The position numbers and the translations under genes are program-made. Below are positions 11,287 through 22,133 of a stretch of DNA of 64,000 nucleotides, in pieces. Below the pieces are notes generated by a model that saw only the letters and a list, made by a program, of their open reading frames with translations, ran no database searches and had not been told where the DNA came from. Every line of letters begins with the position of its first letter. Positions within the stretch are counted from its first letter, which is position 1. Source of the stretch: Thermoanaerobaculia bacterium (GTDB lineage Bacteria > Acidobacteriota > Thermoanaerobaculia > UBA5066); the NCBI GenBank assembly GCA_963719225.1, contig CAVRAY010000001.1, positions 416,001-480,000 on the forward strand. Reading direction: 5' to 3'.

Positions 11287-11745
11287 ATGAAGAGCCTCCA
11301 GGAGACCTACGCGCCCCAGAACCGCTGCTTCGGATGCGGCCCGACGAACGAGAAGGGGCTGCGCATTCGAAGCTTCGCCGAGGGCGACGAGTTCGTCGCC
11401 ACCTGGAAGCCCGAGCCGCACCACCTCGCCTTCGAAGGCATCGTGAACGGGGGCATCATCGGAGCGCTCCTGGATTGCCACAGCAACTGGGCCGCCGCGA
11501 TCCACCTCATGAAGAAGGCGGGGGCTGCGTCGCCGCCTTTCACGGTCACGGCGGAATTCCACGTCCACCTGATGCGCCCCACGCCCATGGACGAGCCGCT
11601 CCACCTGAAAGCGCGCGTGGTCGATTCCTCCGAGTCCTGGGCGGTCGTGGACGCGGAGATCGAGGCGGCCGGGAAAGTGACCGCGACGTGCAAGGGCACG
11701 TTCGTCGCCGTGCGCGAAGGCCACCCCGCGTTCCGGCGCTGGTAG
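11287..11745 (+). CDS. PaaI-family hotdog thioesterase
   Basis: CFGCG..N..GL, NGGIIGALLD, VTAEFHVHLMRPTP. Confidence 0.85.
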   Translation: MKSLQETYAPQNRCFGCGPTNEKGLRIRSFAEGDEFVATWKPEPHHLAFEGIVNGGIIGALLDCHSNWAAAIHLMKKAGAASPPFTVTAEFHVHLMRPTPMDEPLHLKARVVDSSESWAVVDAEIEAAGKVTATCKGTFVAVREGHPAFRRW

Positions 11746-11755
11746 GACCCGTCCG

Positions 11756-14041
11756 TCAGGGTGCGAGGTCGAGGACGACGCGCGCGGACCCCGCCGGAAC
11801 CGGTACGCCGATGAGATGAAGGTCGGCGGCGAGAAGCGTGGCGCGGTGCCCGTTCACGGTGGCGACGGCTCGCGGCGTGAAGCTCCGATCCACGTGGAGG
11901 ATCGCGGGACGTGCGCCCGAGGTCTCGATCACGAGGCGGTCGGGCGCGTCTTCGAGGACGCGGGCCTCGGCGGAAGGATCGCGCCCTTCCGAGGCCAGCG
12001 CCGCGGCGTTTTTCCCGTAGACGACGACGTCGGTCTTCGGGTCGAAGTCGTCGCGCTCGAAAACGGAAACGGTCTCGGTGATCGAGCCCGCCGCCAGGAC
12101 ACGGCTCGAGCGCCTCACGCCGGGCAGGGGAGCAGTGAGCTTCCAGAGGGTCACCGGCACGCCGACGGACGCTTCGACGAAGACGGGCGTGAGGCCCGCT
12201 GTTTCGGCCGGCACGTCCGAGGCGATCACGGACGTCACCGCAGCCGCCCGAAGCCACTTCACGCGGCGCTCCCAGCTTCTCTGGCGCAGGACGTCCGAGG
12301 CGTAGCGCGTGAGGATCGTGTAGCTGCCGTCGGGGTCCGGGTCCCAGGCATACGCGAGACCGTGAGGCGCGCCGGAGAGGGCCCAAGCCTGACGAGTCTG
12401 CGCCAGAGCCAGATCGAGGAGGCCGTCGCTCTCGACGCGCCCGGCGGCGCCGCGGCGCACGGCGTCGAAATCCTTCGAGGCCCGCTCGAAGACGCGCCCT
12501 CCGAGAGCGGCGGCGCGCGCGACGAGCGGAGACGGCTTGTCGTAAAGGGACGCCGGAACGCGCGGAATCGTGGTCGGGGCGCCGGCGAGGAGCGAAAGCG
12601 CCGTCGCGCCGAGCAGGATGAGGCCGCCGCGCGCGTCGGCGGCCCCGCGCAGGAGGAGGAGCGCGACGAGGAGGAGCCCGGCGCCTGCAAGCGCCGCCTG
12701 ACCCGGCAGCCGATTCACGACGGGGGCGAGGACGATGCGCGGGTCCGATCTCCACGCCGGGTCCCAGCCCGAGAGAAGCACTCTCTCGACGCGAAGGGGA
12801 GCGAGGCGTCCCGCGATGGCGAGAGCCGCCATGAGACCGCCGAGCGCGAGGAGGACGCCCGCCGCACGCCGCCGGAAACGCGGCAGGACGCCTTCGACGA
12901 GAAGGCGGTCCGCGCCTCGCGCCGCGAGGGCCGCGAGCGCGAACGTGAAGAGAAGGAGCGCCTTGACGGGATAGCGCAGGACGTGGGCGGCAGGCACGGC
13001 CTCGTAAAGGGCGCGCATCCCCGGGAGCCACGGCGCGACGGAGGCGGCGAGCGCCACGGCTGCGGCGCCGATCCAGAAACGGCCCTCGCTCCGCCGCGCG
13101 GAGACGACGAAGACGGCGGCGAGCGCGAAAGGGACGACTCCGAAGGAGAGCGAAGCGTGGTACGGCGGGTTTCCCTGGGTCACCGCGAACCCCCAGAACG
13201 CTCCCGAGACGATTCGCGTGGGATCGCCGAAGAGCAGGGGGAACGGCGTCTCGAGGAGTCGGAGCGGATGGAACCCGACGGCGGCGAATTCGTTCCAGGA
13301 AAAACCTCTCGAGCGGCGCGCCGCGAAGGTCGACGCGCGCGCGACCTCGAAGAGCCACGGCGATACGAGAAGGGCCGCCGCGAACCCTCCTCCGAAAAGG
13401 GCGAAGAGGCCGCGTTTTCGCTCCTCGCCCGGCCCGCGGATCGCGAGGGCCAGAGCCAGAAGGAGGGCGAGGGCCGCGAGCGCGGGCTCGCCGCCGAGGA
13501 CGAGGAGCGCCGACGAGATCAAGGCGAGACCGCCCGCGCGCAGGAGGTCGGGCCGGCCCGCCGCGGTCCGCGCCCGTGCGACGGCGAAGAGCAGCCACGG
13601 CATCCAGGCGATCGTCGTCGTCGCGTTCAGGAACGCGGCCGAGGACAGGACGTAACCCGAGAGGCCGAACGCGAACGCCCCGGCCAGCGCCGCCTCCCTC
13701 GAACGGACCTCCGTGCCGAGGAAAAGGAACGTACCGAGGAGACCCAGGCCCAGGTGGAGGAGGAGATGAAGGCCGAGAAATCGCGGGCTCGCCGGAAAGG
13801 GATACGCGAGGAGGAGGTTCGGATTGCCCCGATACGCCTGCCCGAAGGACGCGTACGGATCGAGGCGCGCGCCGTCGAGGCTGGCGGCGAGCGCGCGGGC
13901 CGGCCGCTGCGTCGTCGCGATGTCGCGGTACGCGGGGGTCGTCCGGCCGGAGAGGAGATCCGCGTGTGTGAAGAGCGCGGCAACCACGAGGAGCGCTGCG
14001 GCCAGCGCCGCCGGAAAGAAAGAGGCGCGCCGGTCGCTCAC
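11756..14041 (-). CDS. YfhO-like GT-C membrane glycosyltransferase
   Basis: GTGA overlap with upstream stop. YRD, DPY..FGQ....NPN, many TM helices, LRYPVK loop, C-terminal periplasmic beta domain (GVPVPAG). Confidence 0.7.
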   Translation of the reverse strand: MSDRRASFFPAALAAALLVVAALFTHADLLSGRTTPAYRDIATTQRPARALAASLDGARLDPYASFGQAYRGNPNLLLAYPFPASPRFLGLHLLLHLGLGLLGTFLFLGTEVRSREAALAGAFAFGLSGYVLSSAAFLNATTTIAWMPWLLFAVARARTAAGRPDLLRAGGLALISSALLVLGGEPALAALALLLALALAIRGPGEERKRGLFALFGGGFAAALLVSPWLFEVARASTFAARRSRGFSWNEFAAVGFHPLRLLETPFPLLFGDPTRIVSGAFWGFAVTQGNPPYHASLSFGVVPFALAAVFVVSARRSEGRFWIGAAAVALAASVAPWLPGMRALYEAVPAAHVLRYPVKALLLFTFALAALAARGADRLLVEGVLPRFRRRAAGVLLALGGLMAALAIAGRLAPLRVERVLLSGWDPAWRSDPRIVLAPVVNRLPGQAALAGAGLLLVALLLLRGAADARGGLILLGATALSLLAGAPTTIPRVPASLYDKPSPLVARAAALGGRVFERASKDFDAVRRGAAGRVESDGLLDLALAQTRQAWALSGAPHGLAYAWDPDPDGSYTILTRYASDVLRQRSWERRVKWLRAAAVTSVIASDVPAETAGLTPVFVEASVGVPVTLWKLTAPLPGVRRSSRVLAAGSITETVSVFERDDFDPKTDVVVYGKNAAALASEGRDPSAEARVLEDAPDRLVIETSGARPAILHVDRSFTPRAVATVNGHRATLLAADLHLIGVPVPAGSARVVLDLAP

Positions 14042-14781
14042 CGGAAGAGCGGGTCGTTCCGCCATCCCCACTTGACGGCCTTGAACCGGGCCATGACGCC
14101 GAGGATCGAGAAGCCGTACACGCACGAGTTCCAGAAGTCGATCTGCGAGGCCTCGTCGAAGTACCGCGTCACGATGGGGACCTCGCGGATGCGCATGTTC
14201 TTCCACATGCCCGCGGCGATGATCTCCGTGTCGAAGACGAAGCCGTCCGAGAAGGCTTCGAGGTTCACGCTCTCGAGATAGCGGCGGGAATAGGCGCGGA
14301 GGCCCGAGTGGTACTCGGTGAGGTAGAGGTAGAAGGTGGCGTTCTCGACGGCAGTCAGGAAGATGTTCGCGAGGTACTTCCATTTCGGCATCCCGCCCTC
14401 GAGCGGGCGCCCCCCGAGCATCCTGCTGCCGAACATCGCGTCTTCGTCGCCTCGCGCGATGGGGCCGATCAGGTCGGGGAGGACCGAGGCGTCGTACTGG
14501 TGATCGGGGTGCACCATGACGCAGATGTCCGCGCCCCGCTGGAGCGCTGTCGCGTAACAGGTCTTCTGGTTCGCGCCGTAGCCGCGGTTCTCGGCGTGCG
14601 TCACGACGTGGAGGCCCGGAATCGCGCGCGCGACCTCGACCGTGCGGTCCTTCGAGGCGTCGTCCACGAGGATGATGTCGTCCACCCAGTCCTTCGGGAT
14701 CTCGTTCCACGCCAGGTGCAGCGTCTTCTCGGCGTTGTAAGCGGGCATCACGACGGCCACCCGCTTTCCCTGAATCGGCAT
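14038..14781 (-). CDS. GT2 family polyprenyl-phosphate glycosyltransferase (DPM1-like)
   Basis: VVMPAYNAEKT, LVDDASKD, NRGYGANQKTCY, HPDHQY, GGMPKWKY, EYHSGLRAY, FVFDTE. Confidence 0.9.
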   Translation of the reverse strand: MPIQGKRVAVVMPAYNAEKTLHLAWNEIPKDWVDDIILVDDASKDRTVEVARAIPGLHVVTHAENRGYGANQKTCYATALQRGADICVMVHPDHQYDASVLPDLIGPIARGDEDAMFGSRMLGGRPLEGGMPKWKYLANIFLTAVENATFYLYLTEYHSGLRAYSRRYLESVNLEAFSDGFVFDTEIIAAGMWKNMRIREVPIVTRYFDEASQIDFWNSCVYGFSILGVMARFKAVKWGWRNDPLFR

Positions 14782-14793
14782 CTCCGAGGGATT

Positions 14794-16712
14794 CTAGGGT
14801 GCGGCCGCCTCGCGCACGCGAAAGACCCGGAACCGCGGCTGGAAGCTGCCGTCGGCGCGGCGCGTCCCGGTCTTCGAATCGAGTACCCGCTCGAGAAACG
14901 GCGCCGGGTTCGGAGAATCCGACTCGTGCACCCGCCTCGCGAACATCCGCGCCGTCGGCGTGGGCGGGCGGCCGGCGGCGGCCGCGTAGGCGGGAAGGAG
15001 CGGCGCGAGGTCCGTCGTGACGAGATAGCGGCACTTCGCCGCGGAGAGGATCGCGAGAGCTTCGGCGTCGTCCGTCGCCGTGAAGAGGCGGCATTGCCGG
15101 CGCCAGCCATAGACGAACGGGTCCGCAGCGGACGGCCGCTCGGCGATCGCCGTCACGAAGTGCCCCGCGGACCAGGGAGGCATGACGCCCGGGATCGCGC
15201 CCGGAGCGGGAGGCGGCACGACCGACGGTTCCACCGGCGGCGGATCGAGAACGCGCAGCCGTGCGAAGAGGTCCAGCACGTCGTAGCCGGGTGCGTCCGC
15301 GAAGGCGCGCGCCCGCGCGAGATAGGGGAGGCCGGGCAGGACGACGAGACAGACGGCGAGGGCGATCGGCACAGCGGTACGAGCGCGCGGGGGAGCTGCC
15401 GCGGCGCGACGCGCCCAAGGAGCTCGGCGAGCGCGAGCGCGGCGAAGATCGCGAGGTAATAGACGTTGCGCTGCTGAAAGAGGGCCATCGCGAAAACGGC
15501 GGCCGCGAAGAAGGCGAGAAGGAGGCGGGCGGCGCCTCGCGGCGGCATCGGCCGCCGAAGCGACGCCCGGAGCCACACGAGCGCCGCGAGCGGCACGAGG
15601 AGGAAGCCCGGAGACACCTCGCGCACGGCGCGCTCCAAGGAGCTCCACCCCCGTATGAGCGGCTGACACTCGGCGACGAGCCGCAGAAACTCGGGCGGAT
15701 AGGAAAGGAAGCCGCCTTCCGCGAAGTCACCGGACCCCGCTCCCGCCCCTCCCTTGAAGACGTACGCCCCGCCGTGAAAGACCGAGTCGAGGACGCGCCG
15801 CGCGTTGGGCAGCGCGACCGCGAGGCCGAGGGCCGTGAGAAGCCCCCACAGCGCGCGGCGCCGGAGCGTCGGCGCGCGCGCCGCCGCGAGCGCGAGAAGC
15901 GGCACGGTGGCGCCCGCGAGGAGGAGAGGCTGGAACCAGCCGAAGGAGACGAACGAGAAAGGCATGGGCTCCGCGGGAAGGGTCGCGGCGGCCCCGAGGG
16001 CGACGAGCGCCGTGGCGACGAGGCCCGCCACGGCCGCGGCCTCGCCGAGCGCGAGCGCGGCCCACAGGAACGAGAGGCCGGCGACGAACACGGCGCCCTG
16101 CCACGTGAGGACGGCCAGGGCGATCGCGGCTCCGAAGGGAACGGCCCGCAGGAATCGCGCGTCGCCGCGGGCGGAGGCGGCCCACGCGCCGGCCGCGAGG
16201 ACGAGGAGGAGGTTCAAAGCCTCGGCCACGTGATGGTCGAAATGCCCGAAGCCTCCCCAGAGCACGGCCGCGGGGAGCGCGACGTAGGCGGCCGTCGCGA
16301 TCCGGGCGCGCCGCCGGCCGAACGAGCGCCTCGCCACGGCGAAGAGCGGCAGGATCTGGAGCGCGCCCAGGAGCGCGGGAAGGGTCGCCGCGACCGTGAG
16401 GACTTGTTCCGTCGTCGCCCCGCGTCCGAAGAGAAGGCGCGCCGCGCCGCCCGCGACGAGATCGAACGCCGGTGGCCAGATGAAGACGCCGCCTTCGGGG
16501 TGGTTCAGGTACGGATCGCGATACGGGACGCGGGGGAAGTTCCGGGCGACGGAGACGGTCCGTCTGAGGTGCCCGTAGCAGTCCGGCGACAGGAGGCGAA
16601 AGCCGCGGGAGGTCGCTGCCGGAAAGGGCGCGAGGCGCAGCGCGAGCGCGGCGAGGAACATGCACCACACGAATCGCCCGTCCCGCGAGATGCGTCCGGA
16701 GCGCGCGCTCAC
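14794..16712 (-). pseudogene. STT3/AglB-like oligosaccharyltransferase interrupted by a one-base frameshift near 15370-15420 (pseudogene or sequencing error)
   Basis: Frame 1 (16712 downward): [44 protein letters not shown] and many TM helices. Frame 2 (to 14794): VMPPWSAGHFV..IAERP..ADPF, RYLV. The two halves join if one base is restored. Confidence 0.65.
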
Positions 16713-16762
16713 TCCCGAGAGCGTAGCAGGGCGCCGGGCAACCCTCCCCCTACAATCGCCGG
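16713..16762. promoter_or_regulatory. Back-to-back leaderless-type promoters
   Basis: TACAAT 16751-16756 lies 6 nt before ATG 16763 (+). TG-C-TACGCT (16720-16725) lies 7 nt before GTG 16712 (-). No well-spaced SD. Confidence 0.6.
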
Positions 16763-18493
16763 ATGGTCGAGGGCCGCCGGTTGAGATTCTGGGCCGCCGT
16801 GCTTCTCCTCGCCTCTCTGGGCTCGGCGCTCGTCTTCGATCACACGCGCCTCGACAGCCCGACGATGGACGAGCCGTTCCACACGCTCGCGGCGGCGGAA
16901 TACGCGATCGCGGGCACGTACTACGCGAACCTGGAGCACCCTCCCCTCGTGAAGCTCCTGTCGGGATTCGCGATCCGGGCGGCGGGAGGACGCGCGCCGA
17001 GGATGGAGGTCCCGTTCTCGATGGCGACGGCCGAGCAGCCCAGGCCGTTCAGCTTCAGCTCGCCGCTGCGTCCCGAGACGCTCTTCGCCGTCGCGCGCGC
17101 GCCGGTTCTCGCGCTGTTCTTCCTTCTCGTCGTCGTCGTCGGCGGGGCCGTGCGCTCGTGGGCAGGCGACCTCGCCGGAATCCTCGCGGCCGCGCTCGTC
17201 GCGTTCGAGCCCAATCTCCTCGCGCACGCGGGTGTCGTTCACACGGACCTCGCGGCCGCGCTGGGTTTCTTCGGGACGCTCGTTCTCGCGGTCAAGGCCC
17301 TCGAGCGCCGCTCGCTCGGCTTGTGGGCGGCGGCCGGCGCTGCTCTCGGCGCGAGCCTCGCCGCGAAGTTCTCGTGCGTCCTCCTCGTCCCGATGGTCGC
17401 GCTCCTCGCGCTGACCGGCCTCTTCCGGGAGCGTCGGGCCGCCGCCCGGGAAGGCCGCCTTCCGGATCTCGTCGCCCTCAAGGGGCTCCTTCTCGCGGGC
17501 GCGACGTCGCTCGCGGTCCTCCTCGGCTGCTACGCGATCGCCATGCGGCACATGAGCGGCGGCGAGGCCGCCAAGGCGGTGCGCCTTTTTCTCGTCACGC
17601 GGCAGGCGCCCGAGGCGACGATCGACCGGATCCTCGCGATCTCGCGGCTCGACAAGGAAGCCGGCCACTATGCGGCGGGTCTCGCGGGCATCGCCGTCCA
17701 GAACAAGACGGGCGGCGGCGTGAACACCCTCCGCGGAAAGCTCTCGGTGGACGGATTCTGGGAGTACTTCTTCGTCGCCTTCGCGGTGAAGAGCACGCTC
17801 GCCACGCTGGCGATTCTCCTGATCGCCTGCGCTGCGGGCATCGCGCGAAAGGTCCGCCCCGACCTCGTCCTGCTCACGCTCGTCCTCCCGCCGGCCTATC
17901 TCTTCCTGACCGGCATGGCGACGTCCTACAACATCGGTATCCGCCACATGCTGCCCGTGTACCCGCTCCTCCTCGCGGCAGCCGTTCTCGTTCTGTTCCG
18001 GTCTCTGTCCGCGCGCGCGGCCGCGGTCGTCCTCGCCGTTCTCGCCTCGGGGCAGGTCGTCGAGACCCTCAGCGTCCATCCGCACGAGCTCTCGTTCTTC
18101 AACGTCGCCGCGGGAGGGCCGGCGAACGGCGCGGCATGGCTGAACGACTCCAACCTGGACTGGGGACAGGACCTCGAGCGGCTCGCGCGCCGGCTCGAGG
18201 CGCGCGGCGAGGAAGGACGCACGACGATCGCGTATTTCGGCGGAGGCGACGTGCCGTACTACGCGCCAAAGGCGCGGGTGTTCATCCCGGCGCGGACACC
18301 GCTCACCCCCGGCCTCTGGGCGGTGTCCTCGTTCCTCATGTGCTGCGGGCCGGAGGCGATGGCCTTCCACGGCGATCCGGCCGCCGCCGTGGGCTTCCAG
18401 CAGCTTCGCCGAGAGATCTCCGCGCGCGGAACGCCCGTGGGTCGCGTGGGATACTCCATCGTCCTGTACGACCTGAAAGAAAAGAGCCCATGA
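16763..18493 (+). CDS. ArnT/PMT-like GT-C (GT39/GT83) membrane glycosyltransferase
   Basis: [52 protein letters not shown]; many TM helices. Confidence 0.8.
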   Translation: MVEGRRLRFWAAVLLLASLGSALVFDHTRLDSPTMDEPFHTLAAAEYAIAGTYYANLEHPPLVKLLSGFAIRAAGGRAPRMEVPFSMATAEQPRPFSFSSPLRPETLFAVARAPVLALFFLLVVVVGGAVRSWAGDLAGILAAALVAFEPNLLAHAGVVHTDLAAALGFFGTLVLAVKALERRSLGLWAAAGAALGASLAAKFSCVLLVPMVALLALTGLFRERRAAAREGRLPDLVALKGLLLAGATSLAVLLGCYAIAMRHMSGGEAAKAVRLFLVTRQAPEATIDRILAISRLDKEAGHYAAGLAGIAVQNKTGGGVNTLRGKLSVDGFWEYFFVAFAVKSTLATLAILLIACAAGIARKVRPDLVLLTLVLPPAYLFLTGMATSYNIGIRHMLPVYPLLLAAAVLVLFRSLSARAAAVVLAVLASGQVVETLSVHPHELSFFNVAAGGPANGAAWLNDSNLDWGQDLERLARRLEARGEEGRTTIAYFGGGDVPYYAPKARVFIPARTPLTPGLWAVSSFLMCCGPEAMAFHGDPAAAVGFQQLRREISARGTPVGRVGYSIVLYDLKEKSP

Positions 18494-19902
18494 AGCTGTC
18501 GATCGTGATGCCGGCGTACAACGAGCGCCGGACGATTCGCGAGATCCTCGCGCGGGTCAAGGCCGTCGACCTCGGAGACCTCGAGCGCGAGATCCTGATC
18601 GTGGACGACGGCTCGGAGGATGGCACGCGGGAGCTCCTCAAGGAGCTCGACGGCAAGGACGGCGTCCGCGTCCTGCTGCAGCCGCGCAACATGGGGAAGG
18701 GAGCGGCCGTCTGGGCCGGCATGCGGGCCTCGACGGGAGACCTCGTCGTCATCCAGGACGCGGACCTCGAGTACGACCCGGAGGAATACCCGGTGCTGCT
18801 CGGGCCGATTCTCGCCGGCAAGGCGGACGTCGTTTACGGATCCCGCTTCCTGGGAAGCCCTCACGGACACCGCGTCCTCTATTACTGGCATACCGTCGGA
18901 AACCGGCTGCTCACGCTCATGTCGAACCTCTTCACGGACCTGAACCTCTCCGACATGGAGACCTGCTACAAGGTCATGACGCGCGGCGTCGTGGACCGGC
19001 TCGATCTCAAATCGCAGCGTTTCGGCGTGGAGCCCGAGATCACGTGCAAGGTGGCGCGCATGCGCGCCCGGATCTTCGAGGTCCCCATCTCCTACAGCGG
19101 ACGAACTTACGAAGAGGGCAAGAAGATCGGCGCCAAGGACGCCTTCCAGGCCGTCTGGACGATTCTCAAGTACTTCCGCTGGGAGGCTCCGGACAGCGAC
19201 GTCGGAGCGATCACGCTGCGGCGGATGGGGGAGCTCTCCGTCTACAACCGCTGGCTTCACGATCGGGTCGACGGGTGGCTCGGGTCGCGTGTCCTCGAGG
19301 TCGGCTCGGGAGTCGGAAACCAGACCCGTTTCTTCGCCGACAAGGAACGGGTCATCGCCTCGGACATCGAGCCGCACTACGTTCGCGAGCTCCGCACACG
19401 GTTCGAAAAGCACGGAAACGTCCGCGTCGCCTCGTTCCGTTTTCCGCTCACCCCCCAGGACCGCGCCGATCTCGAAGCGGAGCGGATCGACTCGATCGTC
19501 TGCATGAACGTGCTCGAGCACATCGAGAACGACGCGGGAACGCTCGCGGATTTCTGCCGCGTCCTCCAGCCGGGAGGACACCTTGCGCTTCTCGTGCCCG
19601 CTCTTCCCGCCCTCTACGGCACGCTCGACGAGAACCTGCGCCACTACCGCCGCTACGAGAAGGGCGCCCTCGCGACCCTCGTGGGACACGCGGGATTCAC
19701 GGTGGAATCCGTCCGGTACCTGAACCGCCCCGGCGTCCTGGGCTGGTGGCTGAACTCGCGCGTCCTCAAGCGCCGCGTCCTTCCGAAGAGGCAGCTGGGG
19801 GCCTTCAAGTGGATCATGCCGCTGCTGGAGGCAGAGGAGAGGACGGAGCCGTCGTTCGGGATGTCCCTCCTCGTCCTCGCCCGGAAACCCCAAGCGGCGT
19901 GA
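18490..19902 (+). CDS. Bifunctional GT2 glycosyltransferase / class I SAM-dependent methyltransferase
   Basis: ATGA overlap. GT2 motifs [41 protein letters not shown]; MT motifs [22 protein letters not shown]. Confidence 0.88.
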   Translation: MKLSIVMPAYNERRTIREILARVKAVDLGDLEREILIVDDGSEDGTRELLKELDGKDGVRVLLQPRNMGKGAAVWAGMRASTGDLVVIQDADLEYDPEEYPVLLGPILAGKADVVYGSRFLGSPHGHRVLYYWHTVGNRLLTLMSNLFTDLNLSDMETCYKVMTRGVVDRLDLKSQRFGVEPEITCKVARMRARIFEVPISYSGRTYEEGKKIGAKDAFQAVWTILKYFRWEAPDSDVGAITLRRMGELSVYNRWLHDRVDGWLGSRVLEVGSGVGNQTRFFADKERVIASDIEPHYVRELRTRFEKHGNVRVASFRFPLTPQDRADLEAERIDSIVCMNVLEHIENDAGTLADFCRVLQPGGHLALLVPALPALYGTLDENLRHYRRYEKGALATLVGHAGFTVESVRYLNRPGVLGWWLNSRVLKRRVLPKRQLGAFKWIMPLLEAEERTEPSFGMSLLVLARKPQAA

Positions 19903-22133
19903 AGCAAAAGGCGCCGGACCTGGTACCGGCTCTCGTCCTCGTGTTCGGCGCCGCGGCGCTTCGCTTCGCGCCCTTTCTGGCCGGCGGCACGCTGTACCGC
20001 CGCGACGCGGGCTTCTTCTTCGTCCCCTGGAGGCTCGTTCTCGCGAGATTCTTCCGGGCGGGCGAGGCGCCGTTCTGGAACGAGTGGATGTCGGCCGGAA
20101 GGGCCTTCGCGGCCGATCCCAACGCCGCGGTTTTCTGGCCCCTGTCGCCCCTTCTCCTCGTCGTCTCGCCGACCGTCCTCGCCCTCGCGAACGCCGCTCT
20201 CCTTCTGGGCGTCTTCTTCTTCGCGCTCCGCCGAATCGGGCTCTCGGCGACGGCGTCCGGCGCCGGGACGCTCGTCCTTCTCTTCTCGGGTGTCTTCCAG
20301 GCGCTGCCTGTTTACGCGACGACGTGCGCGGCGGCCGTTCCGCTTTCCCTAGCGCTCGTCGAGGCCCCGCGCCTTTCCGCGCGCGAGCCCGCCATCCGCC
20401 GCCGCGCCTGTGCTTTCGCGGCGCTCGCCTTCGGCCTTTCCGCGCTCGGCGGCGAGCCCGCGGTGACGCTGATGGGCGCCGCGGCCTTCGTCGCGGTCGC
20501 GATCGGCGCGGCAAAGGGATCGCGCCCGCGCGCGACGGCCGGCGGCGTCTTCGCGCTCGCCCTCGGGATCGGGATCGCCGCGATCCAGGTCCTTCCGGCG
20601 GCCCTCGAGGTGGCCCGGTCCGCTCGTGGCGCGGGGATGCGTCCCGAGCACGGCGCCCTCTTCTGGTCCGTGCGTCCGGCACGCGTCCTGACGCTCCTCG
20701 AGCCCCGCCTCACGGGAGATCCGCCGGGGGACACGGCCTCGTTCTGGGGCTCGGGCACGTTCGACGCGGGAAATCCGTACTTCGAGGACCTCGCGCTCGG
20801 CCTCGTGCCCCTCCTTTTCGCGGCGGCCGCGTGCCGCGATCGGCGCGGGCGCGCGGCGCTTCTCCTCGCGGGGTCGGGAACGGTTCTTTCCTTCGGGCGG
20901 TTCCTGCCAGGCTACTCGGTCCTCGCCGCGGCGCTCCCGGTGATCCGGTATCCGGAGAAGTGGTGGCTGCTCGTGACGCTCGCGCTCGCGGCGGCGGCGG
21001 CGGTCGGCGTCGAGGCAGTCTTTTTAGGCGAGGCGGAGGTTCGGGAATCGGCGCGAAGGATTTTGCTGAAGACCGCCGTGGGAATGGCTCTCGTCTGCGG
21101 CGCGCTGCTCGCTTTGGCGTTCGGCGCTGAAGATTTTCTTAGAAAGGGCATATGGGCTGTGGGACTGGGCGCCGGATCCACTTCTGCTGCGGCCGTGGCT
21201 TCGGCTCTTCGCCCCCACCTCATTCTAGGAACTCTTAGTCTTGTCGTCATCGCGGCACTCACATCGCTCGTCACGCACAACTGCCAGCCCGAACCCCTCT
21301 TCACCTTCGAGGAGAAGCTGCGCAGCCCGCTGCTTCTCGCCGGCATTCTCGGCGTGCTGTTCTTCACCGACGCCGCGCGGCGCGTCGCCGGAACCTGCCC
21401 CGCGGGGCCGCCGGATCTCTACCGCAAGGAGACGCCCGCGGTCGCGCTCGTCGGGAAGGAGGCCGGTGCCGGCCGTTTCTACGACGACGGTGCGGACGAT
21501 GCCCCGACCGCGGCGCGAAGGACGCGCGAGGCCGGCGGCCTCGACCTCCTTCGTCCCGTCACGGGAACGGCTTTCGGCATCCGGTACGCGGGGGAGAACG
21601 ATGTGGACCGAATGACGGCGGCCCCGTCGGTGCGGTTCGCGAGCCAGACGGCGGGCCTGGGCTGGTGGCCGGAGAAGGTCGCGCGCCTGCGCCGGCTCGG
21701 AGTTGCCATCGTCCGCACCGCGGTTTCGCCTCCCGATCCGACCGGCGTCGTCGAGCTCGGGCGCTTCGGGGGCGATCGGATCCTGCGCATCGAGGGAACG
21801 CGCGACGAGTTCGCGGTCCTGCCGGCGGGAGGCGGACGCGTGACGGTCGAGGAACGCGGCGCGAATTTCGCGCGTCTCGCCCTCCACGTCGCGCTGCCCG
21901 CCGCGATCCTTTCCGTCTCGCGGAGCTTCGATCCGAACTGGCACGCCCTCCTGGACGGGAAAGAGCTCGTCCTCCGCCCCGCGGACGGTTTTCTGACGGC
22001 CGCGGACGTGCCGCAGGGAGACCACGAGCTCGTCCTTCGGTACCGCAATCCCGCTTTCGCGGCCGGAGGGGCGCTGTCGATCGCATCGCTTCTTTTCGTC
22101 GCTCTTCTCGCACGATCTCCCGGCGGGCCATGA
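19899..22133 (+). CDS. YfhO-like GT-C membrane glycosyltransferase
   Basis: GTGA overlap. YRRD..FFFVPW, PFWN....GRAFAADPN...[30 protein letters not shown]. Confidence 0.75.
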   Translation: MKQKAPDLVPALVLVFGAAALRFAPFLAGGTLYRRDAGFFFVPWRLVLARFFRAGEAPFWNEWMSAGRAFAADPNAAVFWPLSPLLLVVSPTVLALANAALLLGVFFFALRRIGLSATASGAGTLVLLFSGVFQALPVYATTCAAAVPLSLALVEAPRLSAREPAIRRRACAFAALAFGLSALGGEPAVTLMGAAAFVAVAIGAAKGSRPRATAGGVFALALGIGIAAIQVLPAALEVARSARGAGMRPEHGALFWSVRPARVLTLLEPRLTGDPPGDTASFWGSGTFDAGNPYFEDLALGLVPLLFAAAACRDRRGRAALLLAGSGTVLSFGRFLPGYSVLAAALPVIRYPEKWWLLVTLALAAAAAVGVEAVFLGEAEVRESARRILLKTAVGMALVCGALLALAFGAEDFLRKGIWAVGLGAGSTSAAAVASALRPHLILGTLSLVVIAALTSLVTHNCQPEPLFTFEEKLRSPLLLAGILGVLFFTDAARRVAGTCPAGPPDLYRKETPAVALVGKEAGAGRFYDDGADDAPTAARRTREAGGLDLLRPVTGTAFGIRYAGENDVDRMTAAPSVRFASQTAGLGWWPEKVARLRRLGVAIVRTAVSPPDPTGVVELGRFGGDRILRIEGTRDEFAVLPAGGGRVTVEERGANFARLALHVALPAAILSVSRSFDPNWHALLDGKELVLRPADGFLTAADVPQGDHELVLRYRNPAFAAGGALSIASLLFVALLARSPGGP

